A stretch of DNA of 64,000 nucleotides from Octopus sinensis (lineage: Eukaryota): positions 5,580,001-5,644,000 of the forward strand of contig NC_043020.1 of assembly GCF_006345805.1 (NCBI RefSeq), written 5' to 3'. Below, piece by piece: positions 1-13,138 of this stretch. The translations under genes and the position numbers were made by a program. The notes beneath the pieces are model-generated. The model searched no databases. It saw only the letters and a program-made list of their open reading frames with translations, and was not told the origin of the DNA. Numbering within the stretch: position 1 is the stretch's first letter; every line of letters starts with the position of its first letter.

Positions 1-114
1 ATAAGTCCTGGGGTGTCGATTTCTTCGACTAAAGGCGGTGCTCCAGCATGGCCGCAGTCAAATGACTGAAACAAGTGAAAGAGTAAAGAGTATATATATG
101 TGCGTGTATATGTG

Positions 115-184
<70 letters not shown>

Positions 185-588
185 TGTGTGTGTATATATC
201 TATGTGTCTTGTAATTTTAACCAATTCCAGATGAGAAGGGGAGATAATCTCAGCAATCCCAAATTCTCCCACACTGTTATGCCGTTAAGGAAAATGCAAT
301 GTAATTGGTGACAAAAATGGACAGCTGTCATTGCACGTTTCTACCCTGATGTGTGTCATCAGCACAGCTGGTGTCTTACCTTGAAACCAGCAGCCTACCT
401 AGTTGGACTTATACCAAGAGAATGGAAAACATTTATAAGCATGGCTGTGTGGTAAGAAGCTTGCTTCCCAACTACATGGTTCCAGGTTCAGTCCCACTGC
501 ATGGCACCTTGGGCAAGTGTATTTTACTATAGCCTCGGGCCGATCAAAGCCTTGTGAGTGGATTTGGTAGACAGAAACTGTCAGAAGC

Positions 589-632
<44 letters not shown>

Positions 633-1661
633 CACACATAAATATATGTGTGTTTTTGTTTGTGTGTTTGTGTTTGTCCTCCCACCATCGCTTGACAACC
701 AATGTTGGTGTGTTTACAACCCCGTAACTTAACAGTTTGGCCAAAGATGCCAGCGAAATAAGTATTAGGTTTACAAAGAATAAGTCCTGGGGTTGAGTTG
801 TTCAACTGAAGGTGGTGCTCCAGCGTGGCCACAGTCAAATGACTGAAACAAATAAAAGAATATATACATAGTCAATTTGAGGATATTAGATCCACATTGG
901 GTATTAAGTAATCCAAAAAATTCCGCTGGTTAATCACTATCATACAGGGAGATTCAGTGCAACACAGAATGTGATATGGCTGGCCCTTTGAAATACATGT
1001 ACAACTCACTTTTGCCAGCTGAGTGGACTGGGGCAATGTAGAATAAAGTGTCTTGCTCAAGGACACAACGAATCACCTGGAATTGAACTCGTGACCACTC
1101 AGCCATACGCCTTCATAGATGTGACACCCCGGACAGATAAAGGGTTAAAACAGTACATGAGGAGAAGGGGAGATAATCTCATGAATCTCGTTCTCCAAAG
1201 TAGGACACTTGATGTGCTAATGATGCCTAATGGAGTAGAAACATGTCCTCTTCTTTCCAATCAAAAACATGCATGTTAGTATTAGAGAATCCTTTTTATT
1301 CTCAGGATTATCTCCCCTCCTCGTTGGAAGTTGATTGCAATTGCCACTAGACATTTGCTTAGTCTTCCCTGAAACGGAAAATAATTACAACAAATCAAGT
1401 ATTAAAAGCAAATTTATTAATTTTCATTGCTTGTATATATTCTACTGGCCACCCTGAGTTATTTCCCTTAGGTCATTTTCAGTGCCTACACCCACCCCTG
1501 CATGGATTAAACAGAATTTGCTAAGATGCATTTTCTGAGGCAGGATGCCCTTCCTAATGCTAAACTACATTACAGAGTGCACCAGCCCTAGTAAGGTCAT
1601 CAGGTAAATTATTTACATTATTTACATTCAACGGGTATTTGCCCTCATCTTGTTTGTTGTT

Positions 1662-1707
1662 AACACAACGTTTCGGCTGATACAGCCTCCAGCCTTCATC
1701 AGGTGTC
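1662..1707 (-). ncRNA. Minimal type I hammerhead ribozyme in a repeat (1611-1746)
   Basis: Minus strand: GACAC-CUGAUGA-A-GGCUG(10-nt loop)CAGCC-GAAA-CGUU-GUGUU. Stem I GACAC/GUGUU; extra A after the CUGAUGA box; stem III reduced to the palindrome AACGUU. Confidence 0.75.
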
Positions 1708-3115
1708 TTGGGGAAATTTCGCACCTGGGTTCTCATTCTTAAGGTAAATATAGAACTGTGTTATCAAGTAACTTTTAAGATAAAACCCTTCGTCTGAGGG
1801 TGTGGTGGTAGGGGATTAGTATTGAGGGAACCAGTCAATAAGTGGTTGGTGAAAACAGATAATTTTCCAGGAGTGACGAGTTCAAAGAAGCTATGTGGGG
1901 ACATTGCTGTCTCTTGGTCTTAGGGCTCATAGGACCAGTTTGGTTCCGTGGCAAATATGTGACCGAAATCAATACATCCCAGCTAACTGAAAAAATGAAG
2001 TGTTTTGCTCAAGGACACAACACACAACCCAGTCCAGTCCAGTAATTTTTTCTACTCTAGGCACAAGGCCCAAAATTTGGGGGGAATGGGCCAGTCGATT
2101 AGATCGACTCCAGCACATAACTGGTACTTAATTTATTGACCTTGAAAGGATGAAAAGCAGAGTTGACCTTGGTGGAGTTTGAACTCAGAACGTAAAGACA
2201 GACGAAATACCACTAAGCATCTCGCCCGGCATGCTAACGTTTATTTCTTTATTGGACAGACAAAGGGATTAAGTTGATTACATCGACCCCAGTGTGCAAC
2301 TGGTACTTAATTTGAACTCAGAACGTAACGGCAGACGAAATACATATTTCTTTACTACCCACAAGGGGCTAAACACTGAGAGGACAAACAAGGACAGGCA
2401 AATGGATTAAGTCGATTATGTCGACCCCAGTGCGTAACTGGTACTTATTTAATCGACCCCGAAAGGATGAAAGGCAAAGTCGACCTTGGCGGAATTTGAA
2501 CTCAGAACGTAACGGCAGACGAAATACCATGAAGCATTTCGCCCAGCGTGCTAACGTTTTTGCCAGCTTGCCACCTTAGTCCAATCCAGAAACTGAAACC
2601 ATGATATTGCCCTTGTGATTGCAACACCCTAACCACTAAGCCGTGTGTATTGACTTGTTTGGTTACTGAGAATAAAGAACTCCAAGATAGATCTGAAAGG
2701 GAATGAACATTTATTCCATAATCATTATTCTCTGCCTCCTCCTCCTCCTCCTCATCATCATTCCAACATCCACTTTTCCATGCTTGCATGCATCAAATGG
2801 AGTGTTCTGAGGCAGATTTTCTATGCCTTTAGTTCAACAAAATATATTTTGTTCAGCCATGGCCCAGGTGAAACAAAATATATTTTGAGGATCTAATAAA
2901 TGTGTGTTTGTTATTTTTATTCACTCTCAGACCTGTCTTTGAATTCTTTATTCCAAGTGACCACTCATAGCCTCTTTGAACCAGTCACCCGATGGAATAT
3001 ATTCCTTGCTTGTTTTAGTTATTAGACTGCAGCCATGCTGGAGCACTGCTTTGAAGGGTGTCGTGAAACAAATTGACTGCCAGAACTTTTTTTTTTCAAG
3101 TCTGGTACTTATATT

Positions 3116-3512
3116 TGGATCTTTTCGGTTTGAACGGCAGTTTTTAACATAATTTCTAGGTAACTAATTACTTTTAAACTTCGTATACTTGTAGAATGTG
3201 TTTATAAAACATCTTTTTCTCTTGGCTTTATTCAGAAAATTCTATAGTTTGTAAGATATTTGTTGTTTTTTTTCTTCAATTTCTGCAATTTCAACCAATC
3301 AATGGTGTCTATTGAGGTAAGCAACATTCTGTCCCTCGTTTAAGAAACAGATTGAGTTTATTTACATTTCTGAAGAAAAAAAGATACCCCTCCCCCCACC
3401 CCTAACCCTAAAACAGATTGAAATGCAATAGATTGATACTAGGGTCATAATTATGGGTGACAATTTCATATGACACAGCTAGAAAAAACTGCCGTTCAAA
3501 CCGAAAAGATCC
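3116..3512. mobile_element. MITE, same family as 5224-5544
   Basis: GGATCTTTTCGGTTTGAACGGCAGTTTTT / AAAAACTGCCGTTCAAACCGAAAAGATCC; nearly colinear with 30069-30478. Confidence 0.8.
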
Positions 3513-5223
3513 CAGTTTTTTTTGCTGAACCACTAAGTTACAGGAATGTAAAAAAGCCAACGCCTATTTTCAAGCGGTGGTGGGGACAAACACACACAAA
3601 TATATATACAATGGGCTTCTTTCAGTTTCAATCTGCCAAATCCACTCACAGGGCTTTGGCGTGTGTGTCATCCCTACACATTTTTCCCCTTTCAATTCTT
3701 ACAGAAGAAGAGCATAGGCTCGAAGCATCAAAGACATTTCCATTTTTCCCCAAGCGTTAAACTAATACACCTGCTTTTTGTTCCTTCACCTGTCTTCGTC
3801 GTTTGTTTTCTGTAAATTTGAACCACATACACACACACACACAGGTGATGTGCATGTGGTGTGTATGTGTGTATAAACATATATGTGCATACATGCTTGA
3901 ACTTATAATATGCTCAAGAGGTTGGTGGGTGGGTATGTGTTTTGGTATTGTCAATGGTGTCGGAAATTTGGGACAAAGAAACTTAGTGTGTGTGGGCGCA
4001 TGCTTGCGGCTGAATGCACACAATGCAAATCAAGGTTATTAAATTGGGTTGCAGTTATCATATTGTGCTACTTTCCTATTCAAAAAGCTATTAAATGTTG
4101 CCGTTGAGAAATGATAACTGAAGTCTAAAAATAACGTTTAATAATTTATTCATAAACATTAACTCGTTCGTTTCGCTTTACTCCTGCTAGCCACGTCTAT
4201 TTTTGTATATTACCGGCTTCGTTTCTCTTTGATTATCTATGTTGTACTTTTTATGTCCCTCGAGTTTAAGATGTCCCTTATTTTATGAAATGTATTTAAC
4301 AAGCGTGGTGAAGGCAGTATTAGAAATAAATATTATCGATCGATGTCTCCCGTTTTTAAGCATTAAAAGCTCCCCGTTGCTTCACATCGTTGATCAGACG
4401 AAAACCGGTGTTTGAAACGTGATGTGGACCCTTTCCGTTTCGTCCTACCAAGAATTGATCCCGCATACCTACACGAGCCTGCCCCACCCTCCCAACTTCC
4501 GACTTTGTTTTATTTCCCAGTTTTTGCATTTCACTTGTGGCAGTCATCGGACTGCGACCATATGGGGGCACAGCCTTGAAGGGGTTTTAGTCGAACGGAT
4601 CGACCCTAATATTTATTTGCTTTAAGCTTGGTACTTATTCTGTTGGCCAATTTTACAGAGCCGCCAAGATACGGGGACGTAAACAAACCAGCAGCGGTTA
4701 TCGAGCGGTGATGGAGGTGGGAAACAGGTATAAAGACACGTATAAATGTTTGGAACTTTTAGGAAAATGGGAATTTTTTTCAATGGAATTTTACAGAAAT
4801 ACCTTTCAAACAGCATATTACGATTATAAAGAAAATGCTGGGGAAAATCTTTATCGAGAGGGTGGCGAGAGGACTTTATAGAAAGGTATTTCTATAAAAT
4901 TTCATTGCAAAAAAAAAAAAAGCAAAAAAAAAAACCCATTTTCCTAAAGGTTACAAAGGAAAAAAAGCTTGGATCTTGTAAATTTTCCGAAGCCCTCTCT
5001 CCCTCTCTCCACCCTCCCATTGCTTTGCGCGCATTCTTTTTTCCTACACATTGTTTTGCACCCATTCCAGTATATTTTTTGGAGTTTCATTTCCGAGTCA
5101 AGATGCAAAACATTAACCTATGTTTGTAAGTGTATGCGTGCGCGCTCGATGGGCTTCTTTCAGTTTCCGTCTACCAAAACCATTATCGAGGTTTTGGTCA
5201 ACCCGAGGCTATAGCTGAAGCCT

Positions 5224-5544
5224 CGGATCTTTTCCTTTTGAACGGCAGTTTTCAACACAATTTCTAGTTAACTAAACACTTTTAAACTTCGTATACTGTT
5301 AGAATGTGTCAAAATAAAACATTTTTTTCTTTGGCTTTCTTGAAAAAATTGTAATTTGTAAGTTTAACGTAGTTTAATTTTTCGAATTTTAATCAATCGA
5401 TGGCCTCTATTGAGCTAAAATCATTTGCTGCGTCTAAAACTGAGACAATATCCTGTCAGTAACCCTAACCCTAATACGAAGTTTAAAAGTGTTTAGTTAA
5501 CTATAAATTGTGTTGAAAACTGCCGTTCAAAAGGAAAAGATCCG
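5224..5544. mobile_element. MITE with CGGATCTTTT...AAAAGATCCG TIRs, 6-bp TSD (AAGCCT) and internal TAACCC repeats
   Basis: TIR of about 35 bp; AAGCCT at 5218-5223 and 5545-5550; related copies at 3116-3512 and 30069-30478. Confidence 0.85.
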
Positions 5545-5658
5545 AAGCCTCTTGCCTAAGGTGACACTCAGTTGAACTCGAACCCAAGGCCACACGGTTG
5601 GAAGGCAAACGTCTTAACCACGTCTGCGCCTCGTTAGTTCTTTTTTATTTTTGTTTAA

Positions 5659-5931
<273 letters not shown>

Positions 5932-6842
5932 TAGACAGAAACTGAAAGAAGCCTATCGTATGTGCAGTACACTCTTCTCAAGCAACTCCATTTAATTGAA
6001 CAATGCAATCATTACATCAATTAAAATGCAGAGCAGTCCTCAGCTGCATAAAGACATATAATTTAATTAAATTAAAACAGATGGACACATTAGTATAATT
6101 TTACCTAAAATCTCCAAGAAGGTAACTGAGATAGACAAAGAACATGCTGCCTTCCCTTCAGCTTAGAAGCTGAACCTTGCCTGTGCTTGTGCCACGTAAA
6201 AAGCACTAAGTCCACTCTGCTGAGTGGTTGGTGTTAGGAAGGGCATCCAACTGCCAAAACAGTTACAGAAGTCTGGTACAGGTTTCTTCCTGGCTGGCTC
6301 TTGTGAAGCCATTCCACCCATGCTAGCATGGAAGGCAGACATTAAATGATGGTGATGATATATATATATCCATACAGAAGGCACATGGCTCATTGGTTAG
6401 AACATCGAACTTATGACCATCAGGTTGTATGTTCGAATCCTGGACCAAGCTGCGTGTTGTGTTCTTGAGCAAGATACTTTATTTCACGTTGCTCCAGTTC
6501 ACTCAGCTGTAGAAATGAGTTGTGATGTCACTGGTGCCAAGCTGGATCAGCCCCTTTGCCTTTCCCTTGGATAACATCAGTGGTGCAGAGAAGAGAGGCT
6601 TGTATGCATGGGTGACTGCTGGTCTTCCATAAACAACCTTGCCTGGACTTGTGCCTCAGAGGGTAACTTTCTAGGTGCAATCTCATGGTCATTCGTGACT
6701 GAAGGGGTCTCCATATCTATACAGACATGTATATATATGTGGGGAGGGGGTGAATATATATACACACACACACACACACACATGCATGCATATGTACATA
6801 CATAGATTCTCACATTTTTTTTCTGTTGTACTTCCATACTAG

Positions 6843-7115
6843 GTCCTGCTCCTGAAGGCGTCACAAACGCAATATTTGAAATGTCCAAGAATATCAAGAC
6901 CTATAAAACCTGCCCGAAATTGGCATTGGATCTCTCAAAGATGGGTTCCAGTAAATTCAAAATTGGTGGCCACGAGATGGTCGTCGAAATCATCGATTCT
7001 GTGGCTGATTATGTCTCTTATATGAAGGAATTATTTGACTTCGGCTCCATCAAGAAACTCTTAAAAGGTGACGGATGTCCAAAGTTGGAGATTCTTCTGG
7101 ACTCCATGCACGGAG
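6843..7115 (+). CDS. PGM1: Phosphoglucomutase coding exon (273 bp)
   Basis: ctag|GTCCTGCTCCT...CACGGAG|gtaag; phase 1 continues GPAPEGVTNAIF...LKGDGCPKLEILLDSMHG. Confidence 0.96.
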
Positions 7116-7390
7116 GTAAGAATCACGTTTTGGTTATCAGTTTTTGTTCATGTTCATTATTTTTGCTTTTTATTCCTTTTTTTTTTTTTTAGCCAGAATT
7201 TGGTTGACCAGTATTATGTCTCTAATACACTCCCACCTTTATTTCTCCCCCATCCCCATCAAATATTCTGCCACCTACTGTATAGCATAAGAAAAATCTG
7301 CTTCAAGTTTTTATTCTGGTTGTTTTATAGGGAAAGATTCGGGGTGGGTTTAGATCAAACGCAAACCTTTATTTCTTGCTTTTGTTGCAG

Positions 7391-7581
7391 TCACCGGACC
7401 GTATGTAAAGAAAATATTCTGTGATGAACTCGGAGTTGATCCAAAGAGCTGTGTGAATAGCAATATCTTGCCTGATTTTGGAGGCCTTCATCCTGATCCC
7501 AATTTAACCTACGCTGCTAACCTCGTCAAGGAACTCAAGAAAGGAAAACATGGATTTGGTGCAGCTTTTGATGGGGACGGT
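7391..7581 (+). CDS. PGM1: Phosphoglucomutase coding exon (191 bp; start of metal-binding DGDGDR loop)
   Basis: gcag|TCACCGGACCG...GACGGT|gtaagt; [10 protein letters not shown]...[15 protein letters not shown]...GAAFDGDG. Absent from the ORF track because it has no ATG. Confidence 0.96.
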
Positions 7582-7990
7582 GTAAGTCTTTTGCCGTTTT
7601 TTTGTTTTTTTTCATTTATATAAATGCTCACATGTTGGCACCACATGTTAATGCCAAAATTATTATTGAGTGAGAGAGCAATGCATGCCATCAAAGTGAC
7701 ATTGGGGTACAAATATACAAAGCCTTAATATACCCATCATGACTACCCGTCTGATAAGGGTACACCAGGCACATGTGTCACAACAATACGTGCACGACAT
7801 GGTGACCTTATATCAAGATAAACAGCGCATGACCTTGCAGGTGGGGCCCAGCTAGAATTTTCTTCAGGCTTTTTTATTATTATTATTATTGTTGTTGTTG
7901 TTGTCACTATACTATTATTGTTGTTGTTGTTGTTGTTGTTACTATACTATTATTATTGTTGTTGTTGTTACTATACTATTATTATTATTG

Positions 7991-8031
<41 letters not shown>

Positions 8032-8677
8032 GGCATCCAGCCGTAGAAACACTGCCAGATTTGACTGGGCCTGATGAAGCCTTCTGGCTTCACAGACCCC
8101 AGTAGAACCGTCCAACCCATGCTAGAATGGAAAACGGATGCTAAATGATGATGATGATGATGATGATTATTATTATTATCGTCATCATTATCATTATTAA
8201 GGTGGCGAACTGGCAGAATCGTTAGCACGCTGGATGAAATGCTTAGTGGTATTTCGTCGGTCGCTACATTCTGAGTTCAAATTCTGCCAAGGTCGACTTT
8301 GCCTTTCATCTTTTCGGGGTCGATAAGATAAGTACCAGTTGAACACTGGGGCCAATGCAATCAACTCATCCCCCACCTCCCCCAAGTTGCCTTTGTGGCA
8401 AAAATTTGAAATTATTATTATTATTATTATTATTAAAGGTGGCAAGTTGGCAGAATCGTTAGCACACTGAGCGAAATGCTTAACGGTATTTTGTCTGCTA
8501 CTGTGTTATGAGTTCAAATTCCACCAAGGTCGACTTTGCCTTTCATTCTTATGAGGTCAATAGAATAAGTACCAGTTGAGTACTGGGGTCAATGCAATCA
8601 ACTATCTCCTCCGCATGAAATTTCAGGCCTTGTGCCAGTAGTAGAAAGGATTATTATTATTATTATTTTTCATCTAG

Positions 8678-8971
<294 letters not shown>

Positions 8972-10334
8972 TGAGAGGGAGGAGGGGCGAGGGGGGGGGG
9001 GGGCTAAGGGCACACCTCACTGGATTCGCTTCATAGAATCGCTCCTTATTTTGCATGACATGTTGGAAAAAATTAACTTCCCACCACATTTTGCTGGTTG
9101 ACAAATGTTTCGACAGCAAACACATGGTGTGTATCTGCCCAAACCATCATCATCATCATCGTCATCACAACCATCACCATCATCATCAGCATCGTCACCA
9201 CCACCTCCATCATCATCATTACCACCACCACCATCATTATCACTATCATCACCACTATCATCAACATCATCATCATCATCATCATCATCACCATCAGTAG
9301 CATCCTCATCATCATCATTATCGTCGTCATCATAATTGTCATCATCGTAATCATCGTTGTAGTTGCCATCAGCATCATCATCACCACCATCATCATCATC
9401 ATAATACATCGTAGTCATCGTCATCACCACCACCACACCACCACCACCACACCACCACCATCAATAGCATCCTCATCATTATCACCATCATCAACATCGT
9501 CATCATCTTCATCATCATAATACATCATAGTCATTATCATCATCATCATCATCATCACCATTGTCGTTATCACTTTTTTGCTCCATACTGGCAAGGGTTG
9601 GGCAGTTTAACAGGACCCAGTGGGTCGAAGGACCGCATTGTGCTCCATTATCTGCTCCAGCATGGTTTCTATGACCGAACGCCCTTCCCTAATGCCAACC
9701 ACTTTACAGAATGTTGTGGCTTTTTTGGAGACGGAGTTGTGACACTGGCTCTATTGAGGTCACCATGTAAGGGTTAAATTATGAGAGAAGTAGTGGAGGG
9801 GGTAGCAAAGCAGGTCGGTCACTCACATAGTGTAAGGGGAGCTGCATGGCCACTCACATTCAGTAGGGGAGGGGGGAGAGAATGATTGATTGGAGCTGTA
9901 AAGGGATCTGTAGTAGAGACAAAGTGTCCAAGTGACCCCTTCAAAGCACAAAGTGAGTATCAGTGGGTGGGTTTGCAAGATTTTATGAGGGGCTGGAGGG
10001 TGAGAGTGTTGAGAGGAGACAAGCCCTGGTGTCTTGTTATAGAAGAGATACGTGGCTACCCTGTATTATGCAAGGGTGGATGAGAGTAGCTGGGAGGAAA
10101 ATAAAGGTGGTGGTGACAGGGTACCAGAGCGAACCCTCAAAGTACAAGAAAGTAAGTGTAAGAGGAAACACAGAATGTGGATCAGGAGGGGAGGAGACGG
10201 TGGGTAATTTCATAAGATTATGGGTGGAGGGTGACAGACGGGTAGAGACAGGGCTAGAGGCAGATGTAGTGAGAAGTGGAAAAGGGTGGAGGTGAGTTTG
10301 CTTGTAAATATCAGTATGGAGGGGACACTAACTA

Positions 10335-10655
10335 AAAGGCTGGAAGGTCACATCTGGAATGGCACGTAAAAAGCACCATCCGATCATGGCCGTTTCCAGC
10401 CTTGCCTGGCCCCTGTGCCGGTGGCACATAAGAAGCACCATCCGACCATGGCCGTTTGCCAGCCCCGTCTGGCACGTAAAAAGCACCCACTACACTCATG
10501 GAGTGGTTGGCGTTAGGAAGGGCATTCAGCCGTAGAAACACTGCCAGATCAGACTGGGCCTGGTGCAGCCTTCTGGCTTCCCAGACCCCAGTTGAACCGT
10601 CCAACCCATGCTAGCATGGAAAGTGGATGCTAAATGATGATGATGATGATGATGG
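10335..10655 (+). mobile_element. Retroposon family C ending in (GAT)n (representative copy)
   Basis: GGCGTTAGGAAGGGCAT...CCATGCTAGCATGGAAAG..(GAT)n; other copies at ~6190-6355, 8035-8160, 19610-20020 (-) and 35540-35785; variable number of 60-68-bp internal repeats. Confidence 0.75.
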
Positions 10656-10787
10656 GTAGGCTTGTAGCTGCATCTCAATTGATTTTAATTGTTAATTTGT
10701 GCCAAATATTGTTAATTAATGCAATTAAGTAATTAGCACAATTCTGTAATGCGAGGAATTACTTAAAACATCTCCGTTTTTCCACAG

Positions 10788-10919
10788 AGTTGCTCACGCT
10801 AAGAAGAAAGAATTCTTTGAGGTTCCAACTGGTTGGAAATTCTTTGGTAACCTCATGGATGCCGGCCGTTTGTCTCTTTGTGGAGAAGAGAGTTTTGGAA
10901 CTGGTTCTGATCATGTCAG
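10788..10919 (+). CDS. PGM1: Phosphoglucomutase coding exon (132 bp; sugar-binding GEESFG loop)
   Basis: acag|AGTTGCTCAC...CATGTCAG|gtataa; [44 protein letters not shown]. Confidence 0.96.
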
Positions 10920-10966
10920 GTATAAACGAGCTGAGCTCATTTTTTTCTGTTAATGCTTTTTTTTTA

Positions 10967-11215
10967 AGTAAAGATTATTTGCCAACATAACATGGCAGTC
11001 CTGGTTTAGGATGAATGTTGCTGTAGTTTAGCCCCAGGAGACATCATCTCCAGCTGGCTTTACAATATGATCTGTGTACTTACATTTTTTTAGAAAATAT
11101 AAGGACACAGATCATGTCATATAGCCAGCTGGAGACAATGTCTCCTGGGCCAAAATTACAGCAACATTCGTCCTAAACCAGGACTGCCATGTTATGTTGG
11201 CAAATAATCTTTACT
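10967..11215. mobile_element. Foldback MITE (about 249 bp), almost entirely self-complementary
   Basis: AGTAAAGATTATTTGCCAACATAACATGGCAGTCCTGGTTTAGG... is mirrored by ...CCTAAACCAGGACTGCCATGTTATGTTGGCAAATAATCTTTACT. Confidence 0.85.
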
Positions 11216-11812
11216 ACAAAGTACTGTTGCTGAATATCTCTCATTGTGAGATTTACAAATAGTAATACTTCTTTTGCCTTTTTTCTTTTAGATTACATGT
11301 TCGTTTTTTTTTACCTTGTTTTCTTCCTTAAGGAAGAAGGGTACACCAGGCACATGCTTCACCATCAGATGTGTATGATATGGTGATTTCATGTTGAGAT
11401 ACACAGCACATGACCTCTCAGCACATGGCCATGATGCTCCCCCACTACTTCTGCTCGTGATCAGAGATACACATATCGTCAGCCACTAAGGGACATGCTC
11501 AACTGGTTACAGTCAAGCTACTGACAAGCAAATCTGTGGTATTGAGCAGAATATTTGCTGTAGCCCATGTTATTGTTATTATTAAGGCATCAAAAAGTGC
11601 ACTCAATGGAAGGGAAAAATCAGCATCTGTGGCAGAGATGATTTTTTATTGCTCACAAGGGGCCAATATAGATGGGACAACTCAACGACATGTGGGGACA
11701 TATAACACAAAACTTAAAATAAAATTACAAATAAAATTATAAAATGATAATAAATCTCAGAGCGAGTTATAAACAGTAGCTGCAACACATCGCGACGTAT
11801 ATTTGCCATTTA

Positions 11813-12048
11813 AATATGGCTAACCCCTAAGGGTGGATGCTGCTGTAGTTTGTAGCTCCAGGAGGACACCTCCTCCAGCTGGCTATAGACACACTTTCTG
11901 TGCCCTATCAGTATTTGGAGACTGGAAGGATGGCTTCCCTTTGCAAATACTGATAAGGCACAGAAAGTGAGTCTATAGCCAGCTGGAGGAGGTGTCCTCC
12001 TGGTGCTACAAACTACAGTAGCATCCACCCTTAGAGGTTAGCCATATT
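11813..12048. mobile_element. Foldback MITE (about 236 bp), related to 10967-11215
   Basis: AATATGGCTAACC...GCAAATACTGAT arms with a loop of about 24 nt; shares the motif TGCTGTAGTTT..CCAGGAG..A..TCCAGCTGGCT. Confidence 0.85.
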
Positions 12049-12735
12049 ATAAAATGATATGAAATGAAAAATGGAAATGAGCTGCCTGCCCCACAAGAAG
12101 CATCACTTACTCTTTTGGAATCCTTTATTCAAGGCGATTCCGTATTTATCCAGCAGAACCTTGCATTCCATATTGTCCAGTATTTTTTTTTTTATGTCCT
12201 CGTGTATTTTCCACATTTTCACACCTTTTTTATATTTTTTGATCTCCTCCATTTGTACTTCTGAGATCAGAACACACGTGTATCATCCTAGTGTTTCATG
12301 AAGGAACTCTCTGTGCTGGCAGAGAGTTCCTTCAAATGCAATCGCTGTATGCACGACTGCCACTCCCGTGTGGGGCCCTACAGACACAACAGATGCTGCA
12401 CCACCATCAGCTGTTGATACGATTTATTTGGGTGAAGACCCATGGCCTCTCAAGACTGATGGATGCCTGACAGAATCATTAGCATGCCATCAGTGAAGTC
12501 GGCGAGCTGGCAGAAACGTTAGCACGCTGAGCAAAATGCTTAGCAACATTTCAGCTATCTTTATGTTCTGAAGTTCAAATTCCACCAGCATCAGCTTCAC
12601 CTTTCATCCTTTCATGGTCAATAAAATAAGTACCAGTTGCATCCTGGGGTCGATGTTATCAACTTATCTCCTACCCAGATATTGCTGGCCCTGTTACTAT
12701 TATAGAAAGGATTATTATTATTATTATCATTATTA

Positions 12736-13138
12736 CTAGCTGGCTCTGTGCCATCAAAAATGATGGCTAATCATAGTGTTTTATATTTAGATAAGGTACG
12801 CAATAATCACACATACAAACATTCACATACTTCCTTGTACACACACACACATACACACATATACTGACATAGAGTTGAAACGCTGTTTGATTTTTCTTTT
12901 CAGCATTGAATGTTCACCATCCCACTTCCATTGCACGCACACACACTTACACACACACATTCCTTCATAGACCTCCCTTTTACATACACACACATACTCA
13001 CACAGAGTTGAAACGCTTCCACCACCAGTTTGCCATCACCCCTTCCTTCCTTCCTTCCTTCCTTATTCATCTATCACCCCTTCCTTTCTCATTCATATGT
13101 TGTGACGGAGAAAAACACCAGAGTGTTATTATAGTAGA
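12736..13138 (-). mobile_element. Non-autonomous Helitron (403 bp) just upstream of a PGM splice acceptor
   Basis: Minus strand A|TCTACTATAAT...GCCATCA-TTTT-TGATGGC hairpin...CTAG|T; no TSD; second copy at 55418-55958. Confidence 0.85.

Noticed and set aside
3757-4023. TIPKHIPTHQPLEHIISS resembling the Penelope LPKIHK..PLRPIIS motif
   Set aside because: Weak single-motif resemblance next to CA repeats, with no supporting RT motifs nearby.
5461-5474. Interstitial telomere or chromosome-fusion scar (TAACCC)n
   Set aside because: Only 2-3 units, always at the same internal position of a MITE family.
9886-10295. Overlapping purine-rich ORFs in a PGM intron
   Set aside because: No recognisable domain or splice pattern; probably a decayed retroelement piece that I cannot classify.
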